DNA of 56,142 nt, counting the filler, from an uncultured bacterium (GTDB lineage: Bacteria; AUK180): NCBI GenBank assembly GCA_937863565.1. It is 4 parts of 4 records of this genome, joined end to end, with 100 filler letters (N's around TTAATTAATTAA, not from the genome) between each part and the next. Parts side by side here need not be neighbours in the genome. Positions count along the whole stretch, not along the records: positions 23,213 to 34,202 come from CALMGJ010000029.1; positions 34,303 to 56,142 come from CALMGJ010000032.1; 2 more parts are not named here. One strand, 5' to 3'. The notes under the pieces are model-generated. The model was not told the DNA's origin and ran no database searches. It saw nothing but the letters and a program-made list of their open reading frames with translations. Below, piece by piece: positions 27,127 to 36,961 of the stretch. The position numbers were made by a program, and so were the translations under genes. Position 1 is the stretch's first letter; each line of letters starts with the position of its first letter.

Positions 27127-29841
27127 ATGAAGGCATATAAAAGCATCTATTCCTTCAATGAAGGCTTTTGCACGGCAGACGATATATTGAAGGACGCCGG
27201 CGGGAAGCGTTTCATACTGGCGGACAGGATGTCCTTCTTCGCCTTCGAGGAATTCGCCGCGAAATGCCCCGGCGGCATCTTCGCCAATACCCTTGCGTTG
27301 AGGGGAGGCGAAGCCATCCTCGTTCCGAGGGACAAAGGCGAATTCGAAACGATGGCAAGGTGCGTATCCCTGCTTCTTGACGGGGATACCGATGAAAAGG
27401 ACGTACTTGCGTCATTTGAGAAACTTCCCCCGGCCGTCCTGTCCTGCGGCATCGATCCGGATATCCGCTCCCTCATCTCTGAGCGGGCGCTCTGCTTCGA
27501 GGCAGAAGAGACCGGAATAGATTTCGTGAATGCCTTAACGCGGAAGGCGAAATACCTGAGCTCCGTACTTCTCCCGGCAGGGCGGCATCCACGGCCGGAA
27601 GGCGCCCCGGCCCGAAAGGAAGAATTCGACGCCGTGCTCAACGGCATCACCCCCTTTTACGATATGACGGCCGATATGATCCCCGTATTCTCCTCCGATG
27701 ACCCCGGGCTTTTGCGGAAGACCCTGCGAAACGCCCTCAGGCATTATAACGGAGGAGAAGAGGCATATGCGAAAAGGCTCGAATACGAAACGGATACGGT
27801 AATCTCAAAGGGCCTGAGCGGTTTCTTCCTCATCGTTGCGGACCTGGTACGGGAGATGAGGATGAAGGGAGTGGGCATAGGCCCTGCGCGCGGATCCGCG
27901 GCCGGAGCCCTCATATCCTTCCTTCTCGGCATCACGAAGGTCGATCCGCTGAAATACGGGCTGAGTTTCGAGCGTTTCCTCAATCCCGAACGCGACGAAC
28001 TGCCCGATATCGATATCGATTTCTCCTACAGGGAAAGGCCCGATGTGTTCAGATATCTTGAAAGAAAATATTCCGGCGAGCGGACGGGGCATCTTTCCGC
28101 TGTCGTCACATACGGGTACCGCGGCGCTATGAGATACCTTCAACGGATGCTGAAGTGGAATCTGAAAAAGGTGGAGACCCTTTGCGGACAGCTGCCTTCT
28201 TACTATAAGGGACCTCCGGAAAGGACGCTCGAACTGCATCCGAATCTCGGGGAGATCATCAGGAAAGATGCGGAAGCCGCGTATTACTTCAGGACGGCTT
28301 CTCTTCTTGTGGGCCTTCCGTGCAATTACTGCGTACACCCGTCGGGATTTCTCGTTCTGAAACATCCGGCATACGGCATTTCCGCGCTGCACGCCGCCGC
28401 CAACGGAGAACGCATAATGCATCTCACCAAGGACACTGGGTTCCGGGTGCTCAAGATAGATTGCCTGGGACTGAGATATCTGAGCGTCATAGGCGATACC
28501 GTCCGCGACCGCGGCGAGGACCCCGAGGCGTTCGCGGAAAAGACGGCGCTTGACGATCCCGAAGCTTTCGGCATTCTCAGGCGTACCGAAACAACGGGCG
28601 TTTTCGAACTCGAGAGCAACGGGTTGCGCGCCTATATGAGGAAACTGAAGCCCTCGAAGATCGAGGATATCATGGCGATGGTCTCCCTTTACAGGCCGGG
28701 GCCTCTCGAAGGAGGGATCATATCCGAGTTCATCGCAAGGAGGAACGGCATAAGCCCCGTGGGAACTATGCATCCCGCGCTCACGGAGATACTCGGAGGA
28801 TCGTACGGCCTCATCCTTTTCCAGGAGCAGGTGATGGAGATAGCCGTGAAAGCCGCCGGATTCGGTTGGGGGAAAGCGAATACACTGAGAAGGGCGATGA
28901 CGAAAAGGGACAGAAAAGCGATGTTCTCCTTAAGGGAAGATTTCATCCGCGGCTTCACCGAGAGATACAAGGACGAGGCAAAGGCAAGAGAGATCTGGGT
29001 TTTCCTTGAAAAATTCGCCAATTACGGATTCAACAGGGCGCACGCCGCCGGCTATGCCCTGCTTGCTTATTACTGCGCCTATCTCAAGGCGCATGATCCG
29101 CTCCCCTATTTCAAAAACCTTCTGAACGCCTTCATCGACATGCCCGGAATGGTCCAGAACTACATATTCGAGGCGCAAAGGAACGGCATCAGGGTGGCGC
29201 CGCCGGACATCAACAGAAGCGGCGCCGTTTTCAGCGAGGACGGACATTCAATAACGGCGGGGTTCTGCTCGGTGAAAGGATTGAGCGCGTGGGCCCGGAA
29301 GATCGCCGAGATAATGAAGGGAATGGGAAGGCCTCTTCGGAGTTACGATGATCTTATCCTCGGAGCAGGCAAAAGAGGCGTACGGATACCGAGGGACATC
29401 ATGTGGGCGCTCATTCACTGCGGCGTTTTCTCGGATTACGGGAGTCCCGGCGAACTTATAAAACGCTTCTGCGCACTAAGCGCCGCCGGACCGGGCGATA
29501 CGCTGTTCGCACCGCCGGGAGAGCTCCTCTATGCAAGGCGACCGCATTATATGGACCCCGCATTTTCCGAATACGTTTATTCGCTCCCCCTCGAAGTGTC
29601 AAAACACGGCGACCGCGTGACGGTGAAGGGCTACATTACGAAAACAAGGGGGATAAGGACGAGAAAAGGGAAGATGATGGTATTCGCCTCGATCGCCAAT
29701 GAAAGGGCGGAGTACGAATGCGCCTTCTTCGGGAACAATGCGCTTGCCATTCTCAAAGGAGGCTGGGAGAGTTCTCCCGTCACCGTTTCCGGAGTAATGG
29801 ACTACGACCGCCAGATGATCAATGTGAGGGACGTTGGTTGA
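27127..29841 (+). CDS. dnaE: DNA polymerase III alpha subunit homologue, accessory/DnaE2-like, with degenerate PHP domain
   Basis: GPARGSAAG; FERFLNPER..LPDIDIDF; KIDCLGL; LYRPGP; FQEQVM; YGFNRAHAAGYA; PPDINRS; C-terminal OB fold; PHP histidines missing; ATG 27127 lies 6 nt after TATAAT. Confidence 0.88.
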   Translation: MKAYKSIYSFNEGFCTADDILKDAGGKRFILADRMSFFAFEEFAAKCPGGIFANTLALRGGEAILVPRDKGEFETMARCVSLLLDGDTDEKDVLASFEKLPPAVLSCGIDPDIRSLISERALCFEAEETGIDFVNALTRKAKYLSSVLLPAGRHPRPEGAPARKEEFDAVLNGITPFYDMTADMIPVFSSDDPGLLRKTLRNALRHYNGGEEAYAKRLEYETDTVISKGLSGFFLIVADLVREMRMKGVGIGPARGSAAGALISFLLGITKVDPLKYGLSFERFLNPERDELPDIDIDFSYRERPDVFRYLERKYSGERTGHLSAVVTYGYRGAMRYLQRMLKWNLKKVETLCGQLPSYYKGPPERTLELHPNLGEIIRKDAEAAYYFRTASLLVGLPCNYCVHPSGFLVLKHPAYGISALHAAANGERIMHLTKDTGFRVLKIDCLGLRYLSVIGDTVRDRGEDPEAFAEKTALDDPEAFGILRRTETTGVFELESNGLRAYMRKLKPSKIEDIMAMVSLYRPGPLEGGIISEFIARRNGISPVGTMHPALTEILGGSYGLILFQEQVMEIAVKAAGFGWGKANTLRRAMTKRDRKAMFSLREDFIRGFTERYKDEAKAREIWVFLEKFANYGFNRAHAAGYALLAYYCAYLKAHDPLPYFKNLLNAFIDMPGMVQNYIFEAQRNGIRVAPPDINRSGAVFSEDGHSITAGFCSVKGLSAWARKIAEIMKGMGRPLRSYDDLILGAGKRGVRIPRDIMWALIHCGVFSDYGSPGELIKRFCALSAAGPGDTLFAPPGELLYARRPHYMDPAFSEYVYSLPLEVSKHGDRVTVKGYITKTRGIRTRKGKMMVFASIANERAEYECAFFGNNALAILKGGWESSPVTVSGVMDYDRQMINVRDVG

Positions 29842-29954
29842 AAAAGGTGAATTTTCTTCCTAATTATCCATATATTGGTTTTTCTTTTTATGCGCGTTCA
29901 GATTCGAACAGGGAGAACGTATTTTTATGTAAAAAATAAAGACCAGGTACCTTT

Positions 29955-30581
29955 TTAAAGTACGAGTTCGTATCCCGAATAGATATAGAAATCGGAAGGG
30001 ATCCCGAAGAATTTTCCTCCGAGAGTGCCGCCGATTTTGAAAATGATGCCCCAGCCCCCGCTTGTTTTCATCTCACATTCCAGTCCGGGCGTCCAATCCT
30101 CGCCCAATACGATCTTCAGCAGCATCCCGAAATTGCGCGAATCGGCTTCGATGAAGGCCAGAGGCCTTAAGGCGGAGAGATATTCATACCGTTCATTTGA
30201 CTGGTCATAATAGTCAAGCGACTTGAAGCAAAAACCCAGCGCCGCAGATAAGAGAAATCTCTTTTCATTCTTGTATGCGTTTATATTGCGCGGATTGAAA
30301 AGATAGGAGATATGCGCTTCGGCGCAGGACAATTGCTGATATGAAATATAATAGTAGACATCCTTGTAGAAATATGATGCTCCCAATCCCCAGCCGTCCC
30401 AGATATTGAAGATATCGGCGCTGAACTTCCCTCCCCATACGACATCTTCGGGATCAGGTTCATAATTTTCAAAATAAGCAGAGCATACAATGGATGAGCG
30501 GAATACGATCTCAGCTCCGGGCAAAGCGGGGAAAAGAATGAGCAATGCGATCAGCATTGAAAACAGGAGCGTATTTTTCAT
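29955..30581 (-). CDS. Exported hypothetical protein, probable small outer-membrane beta-barrel
   Basis: Signal peptide MKNTLLFSMLIALLILFPALPGA; alternating aromatic strands; C-terminus FYIYSGYELVL. Confidence 0.55.
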   Translation of the reverse strand: MKNTLLFSMLIALLILFPALPGAEIVFRSSIVCSAYFENYEPDPEDVVWGGKFSADIFNIWDGWGLGASYFYKDVYYYISYQQLSCAEAHISYLFNPRNINAYKNEKRFLLSAALGFCFKSLDYYDQSNERYEYLSALRPLAFIEADSRNFGMLLKIVLGEDWTPGLECEMKTSGGWGIIFKIGGTLGGKFFGIPSDFYIYSGYELVL

Positions 30582-30653
30582 TTGCGGTATTTCATTTAAA
30601 AACCCAAAATCCCCTTTTGAGATGCACAAGTCTATAAAAAGACCGGATATATT

Positions 30654-30992
30654 TTACTGCGCCGCTGACATTATGGTTCTCAGTTCTCTTTTCAACTGCG
30701 GTATGTCATTCTTTACAGTTTTCCCTACGGCAGTTATATCAACTCCAAAATAATCGTGGATCAATTTATCCCGCATACCACCGATATCCTTCCACGGAAT
30801 AGAACTGTATTCCCTTTTAATGATATCAGATACTTTCTTTGAAGCCACGCCTATCACTTCTATCTGCCGGATCACGGCATCCTGGAGCATTGAGTTCCTC
30901 CTGAACTTACTGTCAGTTATGTTTTTCGTGTATTTCTCGATCTTTGATACGGCATCCATCATATGCCGTAAATAAATATCATCTTTCTTCAT
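30654..30992 (-). CDS. HepT-like HEPN ribonuclease toxin (DUF86)
   Basis: YLRHM; DAVIRQIEVIG; IPWKDIGGMRDKLIHDYFGVD (RX4HXY). Confidence 0.9.
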   Translation of the reverse strand: MKKDDIYLRHMMDAVSKIEKYTKNITDSKFRRNSMLQDAVIRQIEVIGVASKKVSDIIKREYSSIPWKDIGGMRDKLIHDYFGVDITAVGKTVKNDIPQLKRELRTIMSAAQ

Positions 30993-31288
30993 TAAAATAT
31001 GACCCGGAGATCATTGCGGACCGTGCCTATCAGATAAGTGCTTATGGACTGCTCAGTCAGCATATCCACTTTAAGGCCCAGGATCTCGGATAATTCCCTT
31101 TCAATGCGAATGATCTCGATAAGGCTTTTCCCCTTTGAAAACTTGACCAATATGTCTATATCGCTTTTTTTTGTATTGCTTCCCTTCGCATATGATCCAA
31201 ATATGCCAAGCGATCTTATTTGGTATTCCCTTTTCAGATAAGGACTGAGTTTTTTAAGTTGTTTTTTTATTTCCGCCAGTGTTCTCAT
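30992..31288 (-). CDS. MntA-like minimal nucleotidyltransferase antitoxin
   Basis: GIFGSYAKG....KSDIDILV; LSEILGLKVD; translationally coupled to the DUF86 gene. Confidence 0.9.
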   Translation of the reverse strand: MRTLAEIKKQLKKLSPYLKREYQIRSLGIFGSYAKGSNTKKSDIDILVKFSKGKSLIEIIRIERELSEILGLKVDMLTEQSISTYLIGTVRNDLRVIF

Positions 31289-31293
31289 AGTTT

Positions 31294-31322
31294 ATTATAC
31301 CTATATCTAAGAGAAATGTCAA
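31294..31322 (-). promoter_or_regulatory. Consensus sigma70 promoter; leaderless mRNA of the MNT-HEPN pair
   Basis: TTGACA-N17-TATAAT-N5-ATG. Confidence 0.8.
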
Positions 31323-31439
31323 TTTATATTTTAACGTAAAAGCTTCCAATATTCCTTATTTGACAGCAATAAGTGATGATATTTTAAGCACAGCCCGGAA
31401 TTCCTTACGCATATCGCCATTTTGCATATATTGATCTAA

Positions 31440-32279
31440 TTATTTCGAGTTCTCGTTAAATAGATATTCGTTTATTTTACTTTTGCCGATGATGGTGTCA
31501 TCTTCCAGATAACATAAATTATTCAACCAATCTATCTTTCCGATGATCCTCTCTTTATTATCGATCAAGAATGAATAACCTTTCTTTCTCGCAGGGATGA
31601 ATTGCTTCTTTAAATTCCTGTCAAATCGGCATTGTTGATATTTATAATAACTGTAAAGGCAAGTACTCTTGATCTTTACTTTTTCATCACATCCGGAAAA
31701 TAATTCAAGCATTTTACTTTTATTATCTTTGTTTATATGTATCTTTTTAAAATCCTCTTCCTGCTTTTTATCAAAATATCCAATAAGTGAACTGTGCTCA
31801 ATGTCACCGTAAACGCTATGAACATACAGCGATTCCCCGTGCTGAGTGTAGGCTTCCAGTCCTCCGTTAGGCCCGAAATAGAATGTAATATAATCATAAA
31901 TCTCAACAATGCATCCTCTCGGAAGATTTCGTCCATTCATCTTTTTTAAAGCTTGAAGATCTGAAACTCCCGATATCGTATGAGCGCTTTTATAGTAAAG
32001 TATAATGCTGTTATCCGAATATGATATTTTAGCGCAAGAGTCGCCGTAAAAAGCGATAAATTTATCCGCCGACATGCCAAATTCATATTTTTTCCAATCC
32101 TTTCCTATATTTATTGCCTGTTCTCTCAATCTCCGTATTTCTTTGCCCGGGAAAAAGAAAGATCCGAAGAAAAACCAAAATGCTAAGGCAAAAAACAGCA
32201 TTACACCGATTATCGCATAGAGTACTTTAATGATCCAATTTTCAATTTTACAACTTTTACCACGATCGTTCTTATTCAT
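31440..32279 (-). CDS. AT-rich membrane-anchored hypothetical protein
   Basis: Single N-terminal TM; start at MNKNDRG overlaps the upstream stop. Confidence 0.6.
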   Translation of the reverse strand: MNKNDRGKSCKIENWIIKVLYAIIGVMLFFALAFWFFFGSFFFPGKEIRRLREQAINIGKDWKKYEFGMSADKFIAFYGDSCAKISYSDNSIILYYKSAHTISGVSDLQALKKMNGRNLPRGCIVEIYDYITFYFGPNGGLEAYTQHGESLYVHSVYGDIEHSSLIGYFDKKQEEDFKKIHINKDNKSKMLELFSGCDEKVKIKSTCLYSYYKYQQCRFDRNLKKQFIPARKKGYSFLIDNKERIIGKIDWLNNLCYLEDDTIIGKSKINEYLFNENSK

Positions 32280-32910
32280 TCTCGATGACGAATGTTCCAA
32301 GATGCGATGTCGCATTCAGTTTGGTCAGCATGAACCCGCGTTTATCCTCATGTTCGAGAACATTGATCGAGCAGTTGTCCATCCGGAATTTCCAGAAGTA
32401 ATTCCCTTTGAGTCCCATCAGACCTCCCAGAATCACTTTAAGGACCGTTCTATGGGATACTACGGCGAAGATATCCGGCCCGTCATTTAAAAGTTCGAGC
32501 ATTCTTCTTACGGATCTTCTCTGCACCGCCCAAACTGATTCGCCTTCAGGTATCTTGAGTTTATTGGGGCAGTAGAGCCATTGTTCCCACATCTTCGGGT
32601 ATTTACTTTTAACCTCTTCTTTCACCATTCCCTGCCAAACTCCGAGATCGATGTTCTGAAAACCCTCGTCCTTCTCAAACGGGGCGCCGATGCTGCGCCC
32701 GACGATCTCAGCCGTTTCGTATGCCCTCTTCAAGGGCGAAGAATAAATGCGTTCTATTCCGGTATCTTTTAAAGCGGCGCCCAGAGCGGAGGCTTGCCTC
32801 TTCCCGTTATCGTTAAGGCCGATATCGCTCCTGCCGCGGAAAACGCCTTTCTCGTTCCATTCGGTTTCTCCGTGCCTTAAAAGGAATATCTTCTTTTTAT
32901 TCATCCTCAT
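32272..32910 (-). CDS. Histidine phosphatase (phosphoglycerate mutase/CobC family)
   Basis: LLRHGETEWN; YSSPLKRAYETA; GES; VVSH. Confidence 0.9.
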   Translation of the reverse strand: MRMNKKKIFLLRHGETEWNEKGVFRGRSDIGLNDNGKRQASALGAALKDTGIERIYSSPLKRAYETAEIVGRSIGAPFEKDEGFQNIDLGVWQGMVKEEVKSKYPKMWEQWLYCPNKLKIPEGESVWAVQRRSVRRMLELLNDGPDIFAVVSHRTVLKVILGGLMGLKGNYFWKFRMDNCSINVLEHEDKRGFMLTKLNATSHLGTFVIENE

Positions 32911-33508
32911 CCCCCAATGCCCTTTTTATTACTTCAAAAGGGAAGCCGCGGCGCGTAAGGTAATTCAAAGCCGCGATCCGGATCTTCTTTGCGGGAAGAT
33001 GTCCGTGTGTTTTCACGTATTTCCGGTATTCTTCCGCACAGCTGGCAACAAAATCGTATCCTTCGAGATCGTTCTTTTCGTATTTCAAGCCCTTTTCCGC
33101 GATCTTCATCTTTATATAGGAAGGGCCAAAACCTTTGCCGAAATATGAGCGGACGAGCACCTCTTTCGTATCATCGTCCGATATGATATGCTCTTCGAAG
33201 GCAAGAGCGATAAGACGGTCTATCATCTCGAGCGCATCCCCTCTTCCGGAAAGTCTTTTTCTGATCTCCTGAGAACTCTTTGGAGCCTTTTCAAGGAAAT
33301 GCAGAAGATAGCTCCATTCGAAACTGAATATCTCCTTCCGGAGCGCTTCCCGCTCGAGTGCATCAACATCATCGCCTTCCGCGAACCTGTATTTGCGGAA
33401 TAACCTTGCAGGTATACTGTCTGCACTCCCGTCCTCGTAGCGTATGATCGTTCTTTTTGCATTCCCGAGTCCTGTAATATTTACCTTTTCCACTTTTACG
33501 ATCTTCAT
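32897..33508 (-). CDS. recX: RecX family regulator (divergent)
   Basis: KSSQEIRKRL; ISDD; GFGPSYIKMKIAEKG; YLTRRGFPFEVI. Confidence 0.7.
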   Translation of the reverse strand: MKIVKVEKVNITGLGNAKRTIIRYEDGSADSIPARLFRKYRFAEGDDVDALEREALRKEIFSFEWSYLLHFLEKAPKSSQEIRKRLSGRGDALEMIDRLIALAFEEHIISDDDTKEVLVRSYFGKGFGPSYIKMKIAEKGLKYEKNDLEGYDFVASCAEEYRKYVKTHGHLPAKKIRIAALNYLTRRGFPFEVIKRALGDEDE

Positions 33509-34200
33509 ATGATGGTAATTATAACCGAAAGCGCGTATAATATCAAAGATGCCGAAAGCACTTTCCCGAAATCGTTCTTCATCATGAAAACATCCCTTTG
33601 CCTCAGTGAGCGGCGCTTGAGGGAGTCCAGCTCTTTCTTCAACTGCTTTTCCGCCTTGGAAATATGGCAGTACTTGCCTCCTGTAGCCTCGGCAATATCC
33701 CTCAATGTCCTTTCTTCAAGTTTCGTAATGACCGTCTCTCCCCGATATTTCAGATAATGTTTTGACTTCCCGAAAAAATCCTCGAAATACTGAGGTATCT
33801 GTCCACCCTCCGCCGTTCCGGCGCCTACGGTAAGTATATTTATACCACTCTTCTTCGCATCTTCCAGTATATCGCGATAATCATCCCCTTCAAGGTCTTC
33901 CCCGTCCGAGATGAGAACGATCGTGCCCCATTTCGCTTTTGCGTCCCTTTTAACAGCAGCCACAGCGTTTTCGAGACCGCTTCTTAATGAAGAGCCTCCC
34001 GAAGGGACCATGTCGGTCGTGACGGAAGCCATGAAATCGGCCAAAGCCTCATGATCGTCCGTAAGCGGGCAAACGAAGACCGACCGGGAAGCGAAAACGA
34101 TAAGGCCGGCGCGATCATAAACTGAATCCTTCAGAATCCCGGAGATGAGCGATTTAGCTTTTTCAAGACGACTTGGCCGGAGATCTTCGCAAAGCATGGA
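33505..34200 (-). CDS. VWA domain protein (BatB-like), 5'-truncated
   Basis: SMLCEDLRPSRLEKAK; DRAGLIVFA; PLTDD; LISDGED; GTAEGGQIP; IAEATGGKY. Confidence 0.85.
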   Translation of the reverse strand, partial: SMLCEDLRPSRLEKAKSLISGILKDSVYDRAGLIVFASRSVFVCPLTDDHEALADFMASVTTDMVPSGGSSLRSGLENAVAAVKRDAKAKWGTIVLISDGEDLEGDDYRDILEDAKKSGINILTVGAGTAEGGQIPQYFEDFFGKSKHYLKYRGETVITKLEERTLRDIAEATGGKYCHISKAEKQLKKELDSLKRRSLRQRDVFMMKNDFGKVLSASLILYALSVIITII

Positions 34201-34202
34201 TT

Positions 34203-34302
34203 NNNNNNNNNNNNNNNNNNNNNNNNNNNNNNNNNNNNNNNNNNNNTTAATTAATTAANNNNNNNNNNNNNNNNNNNNNNNNNNNNNNNNNNNNNNNNNN
34301 NN
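34203..34302. other. Artificial contig-join spacer
   Basis: N-run with TTAATTAATTAA. Confidence 0.97.
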
Positions 34303-35230
34303 CGAACATCTTCTGAACTTCGGCATCCGTCATCCCAAGCGCCTTTAATGTGCCGATCTCCTTTTTCTTCTCGAGCACGGACATAAGCATCGTATTGACG
34401 ATCCCGACGAGCGCTATAATGGCTATGAAAAGAATGAATGTTCCCATACCTTTCTTCTTCATTGCGCTTACCGCGAAAAAGGATTCTCCAAGCTGTTTCC
34501 AGCTGAGTACATCCAACCCTTCGGCTGCCACGGTCATATCGGGCAGATATGCCGGGTATTTTTCGTAATCATTCGTTTTAACCGCGATCTCCGTTACGCC
34601 GGTCATGCCGATATTCTTCTGCAGTTCGAAAAGGTCCATGAACAATGTGGAACTGTTCACTTTCGGGTCCGGAGCATTAATAATGCCCGTTACTTCGAGC
34701 TCGATCGAATCGAGCATCCCGAAAGGCGTTCTGAAAGTAAAATACACATAATCCCCGATCTTAACTTTCATATCTTCGGCAAGGCCTTTACCGAGGACCG
34801 CCCCGCCGCTCATCAGACATCCATCGGAGACGAAATCGTTCACAGTGAAAACCTTCGAATCGTTATTCGGATCAATGGCGTAGACTATGCAGGCCTGCGC
34901 ATCAAGGCCGTTATCGATCTCTCCTATCATCATGATCCTTTTCGTTAGGGAGGTCACGAATGGAAGTCCGGATATCTTTGCCATCACCGGATCAGGGTCC
35001 TTGATGAAATTCTCCTCCGAGAACAGCAGTTCTTTATCGTATCCCGGCGCCCTTACTTTAAAATGCCCCGTTTCGAAATTGATCAGGTTCTCCGTTGAAA
35101 CGGAGTCGAATCCTTTTAAAACGCCCGTTATCCAGATAAAGAACCCTACGCCGAACGAGAGGATCGCGAAAGTAAGGAAGGTCCTTCTTTTATATCTCAG
35201 GATATTCTTTAAAGCCATCTTGAAAAGCAT
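34303..35230 (-). CDS. ABC transporter permease (LolE/FtsX-like), 3'-truncated
   Basis: MALKNILRYKRRTFLT; GIVNTMLMSVLEKKKEIGTLKALGM. Confidence 0.9.
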
Positions 35231-35242
35231 TCCGGCCTCCTT

Positions 35243-35917
35243 TTATGACTCGGTGATCCTTCCGTCCCTCATGCTGATCACTCGATTGGCGTGTTTCATA
35301 ATATGCGGGTCATGAGTTGAGAAGAGGAAAGTGACCTTTTCTGTTTCGTTCATCATCTTCATTATATCCACGATAACTTCACCGGTCTTTGAATCGAGAT
35401 TCGCCGTAGGTTCGTCGGCTATTACCATTTTCGGTTTTTTAACGAGAGACCTTGCTATGGAGACCCTTTGCTGCTGGCCTCCGGACAGTTCCAGCGGCAT
35501 TCTTTTGTCCAGCCCCTCGAGGCCCACTTCCTTGAGTATGCCGAGCACGCGCTCTTTCATCTCTTTCGGCGTGTGCTTTCCGAGAAGTTTCAAAGGCAGT
35601 TCCACGTTCTCGTAAACGGTGAGAACGGGGATAAGGTTGTATGTCTGGAAAATGAACCCGAAATATTCCCTCCGGAGGAATGCCAGTTCCTTAGAGGTCT
35701 TTCCCGTCAGGTCGTTCCCGTCGAGAAGTACGTTCCCGCTGTCCGATGAATCGATGCACCCGATGACATTGAGAAGCGTGGTCTTTCCCGAACCCGAGGG
35801 TCCAACGAGGGCTGCGAATTCCCCCTGGTCGATCTGTAAGTCAATATCATAAAGGGCTTGCACATCGATCTTTCCCGAGTGATAGATCTTATTGATCTTT
35901 TGTACGTCCAACAGCAT
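35243..35917 (-). CDS. ABC transporter ATP-binding protein (LolD-like)
   Basis: GPSGSGKTT; LSGGQQQRV; ADEPTANLD; STHD. Confidence 0.93.
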   Translation of the reverse strand: MLLDVQKINKIYHSGKIDVQALYDIDLQIDQGEFAALVGPSGSGKTTLLNVIGCIDSSDSGNVLLDGNDLTGKTSKELAFLRREYFGFIFQTYNLIPVLTVYENVELPLKLLGKHTPKEMKERVLGILKEVGLEGLDKRMPLELSGGQQQRVSIARSLVKKPKMVIADEPTANLDSKTGEVIVDIMKMMNETEKVTFLFSTHDPHIMKHANRVISMRDGRITES

Positions 35918-35926
35918 ATGTACCTC

Positions 35927-36961
35927 CTAAAATTTTGCTTCGAATCTGATCATGCCGCCGAATTTCCCGAATTCGGCCATGGAGAACTCGTCTTCTCCGG
36001 TCCCGGTGATCCCGTATACCTGAAAGGTTAGATCAAGGCCGTTATTGAGCGTCCATTTTGCTCCGGGAGTAAGTATCGCGCTTGAATCTACGAGGTTCCC
36101 GAATGCGTAAAAGAATGCCGAAAAGAATTCGTCAAAGATGAAATTGGTATTGAAGAACAGATAATGCCTTGCTTGAAAATATCGGTCCGTTGCCGCCTCT
36201 CCGGAGTAATCCGCGACAGCGTTCGCGCCGGATTCGTTATAATAATATAAGGCTTGAACGAAAAACTTTGCGGAAAAGAAATGTTCGAATCCGACATTGC
36301 CTTCGAAGAAATTCTCCGTGGCACCATCGTTGAAATGGTATGCGAAACTGCCGGAAATATTGGTTAAAAGATCACCTTTGAAGAATATTCCGGCAACATT
36401 GCGCCCCGGGGCGAGACGGTTGATCACCGCTCCCGCGTCGAATCTCAGCATGTTGCCGAAGATCTGGACCCCTGCCGAACTTTCGTCGAATTCAGCGTTC
36501 GGCGCGATATACGATCTTATCCCGGAGAGTTCCCCGAGGGCTATGTCCCAGACAAAAGCGTCCGCGCCCGATCTGTCGTACGATATATCGGACATGCTTA
36601 TCTCTTTATCGCGCTCGAAAGGATTGAAAACGCCGAAATTGCCGAGAGCCACATATGTTCTTCCTATCGTGAACGTTCCGATCCTTGAATAGTACCGGAT
36701 GAAACATCTCATCAGGCGGAAATCGCTCTCGCCGGCCGCTTCTTCAGCCAGCCCCGAATAGAGGAGCAGTCTCAGGTCACCGAAGAATTTCCAGGCTTCA
36801 GTCCGGTGTTCGATATTTATCCTGTTCTCGAGGATATTGGAAGAATAGACCTTGTTCCCGCCATAGGTGAAAATATAATCGTCCCGGAAAACCCCCGTCA
36901 TGCCGGATGCAGATACTGCTGCGGCAAAAAGAACTGCGGCTGTGAAAAGGGCTCTTCTCAT
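35927..36961 (-). CDS. Outer-membrane beta-barrel protein associated with the Lol-like ABC system
   Basis: Signal peptide; FTIGR....G..GVFNP; amphipathic strands; terminal Phe. Confidence 0.6.
   Translation of the reverse strand: MRRALFTAAVLFAAAVSASGMTGVFRDDYIFTYGGNKVYSSNILENRINIEHRTEAWKFFGDLRLLLYSGLAEEAAGESDFRLMRCFIRYYSRIGTFTIGRTYVALGNFGVFNPFERDKEISMSDISYDRSGADAFVWDIALGELSGIRSYIAPNAEFDESSAGVQIFGNMLRFDAGAVINRLAPGRNVAGIFFKGDLLTNISGSFAYHFNDGATENFFEGNVGFEHFFSAKFFVQALYYYNESGANAVADYSGEAATDRYFQARHYLFFNTNFIFDEFFSAFFYAFGNLVDSSAILTPGAKWTLNNGLDLTFQVYGITGTGEDEFSMAEFGKFGGMIRFEAKF

Noticed and set aside
27805-28773. 322-aa minus-strand ORF inside dnaE
   Set aside because: Antisense shadow of a GC-rich conserved gene; no motifs
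10580-34302. Thrice-repeated TTAATTAATTAA palindrome and ORFs ending in X...LIN
   Set aside because: Artificial six-frame-stop linker inside N spacers; neighbourhoods across it are not biological evidence
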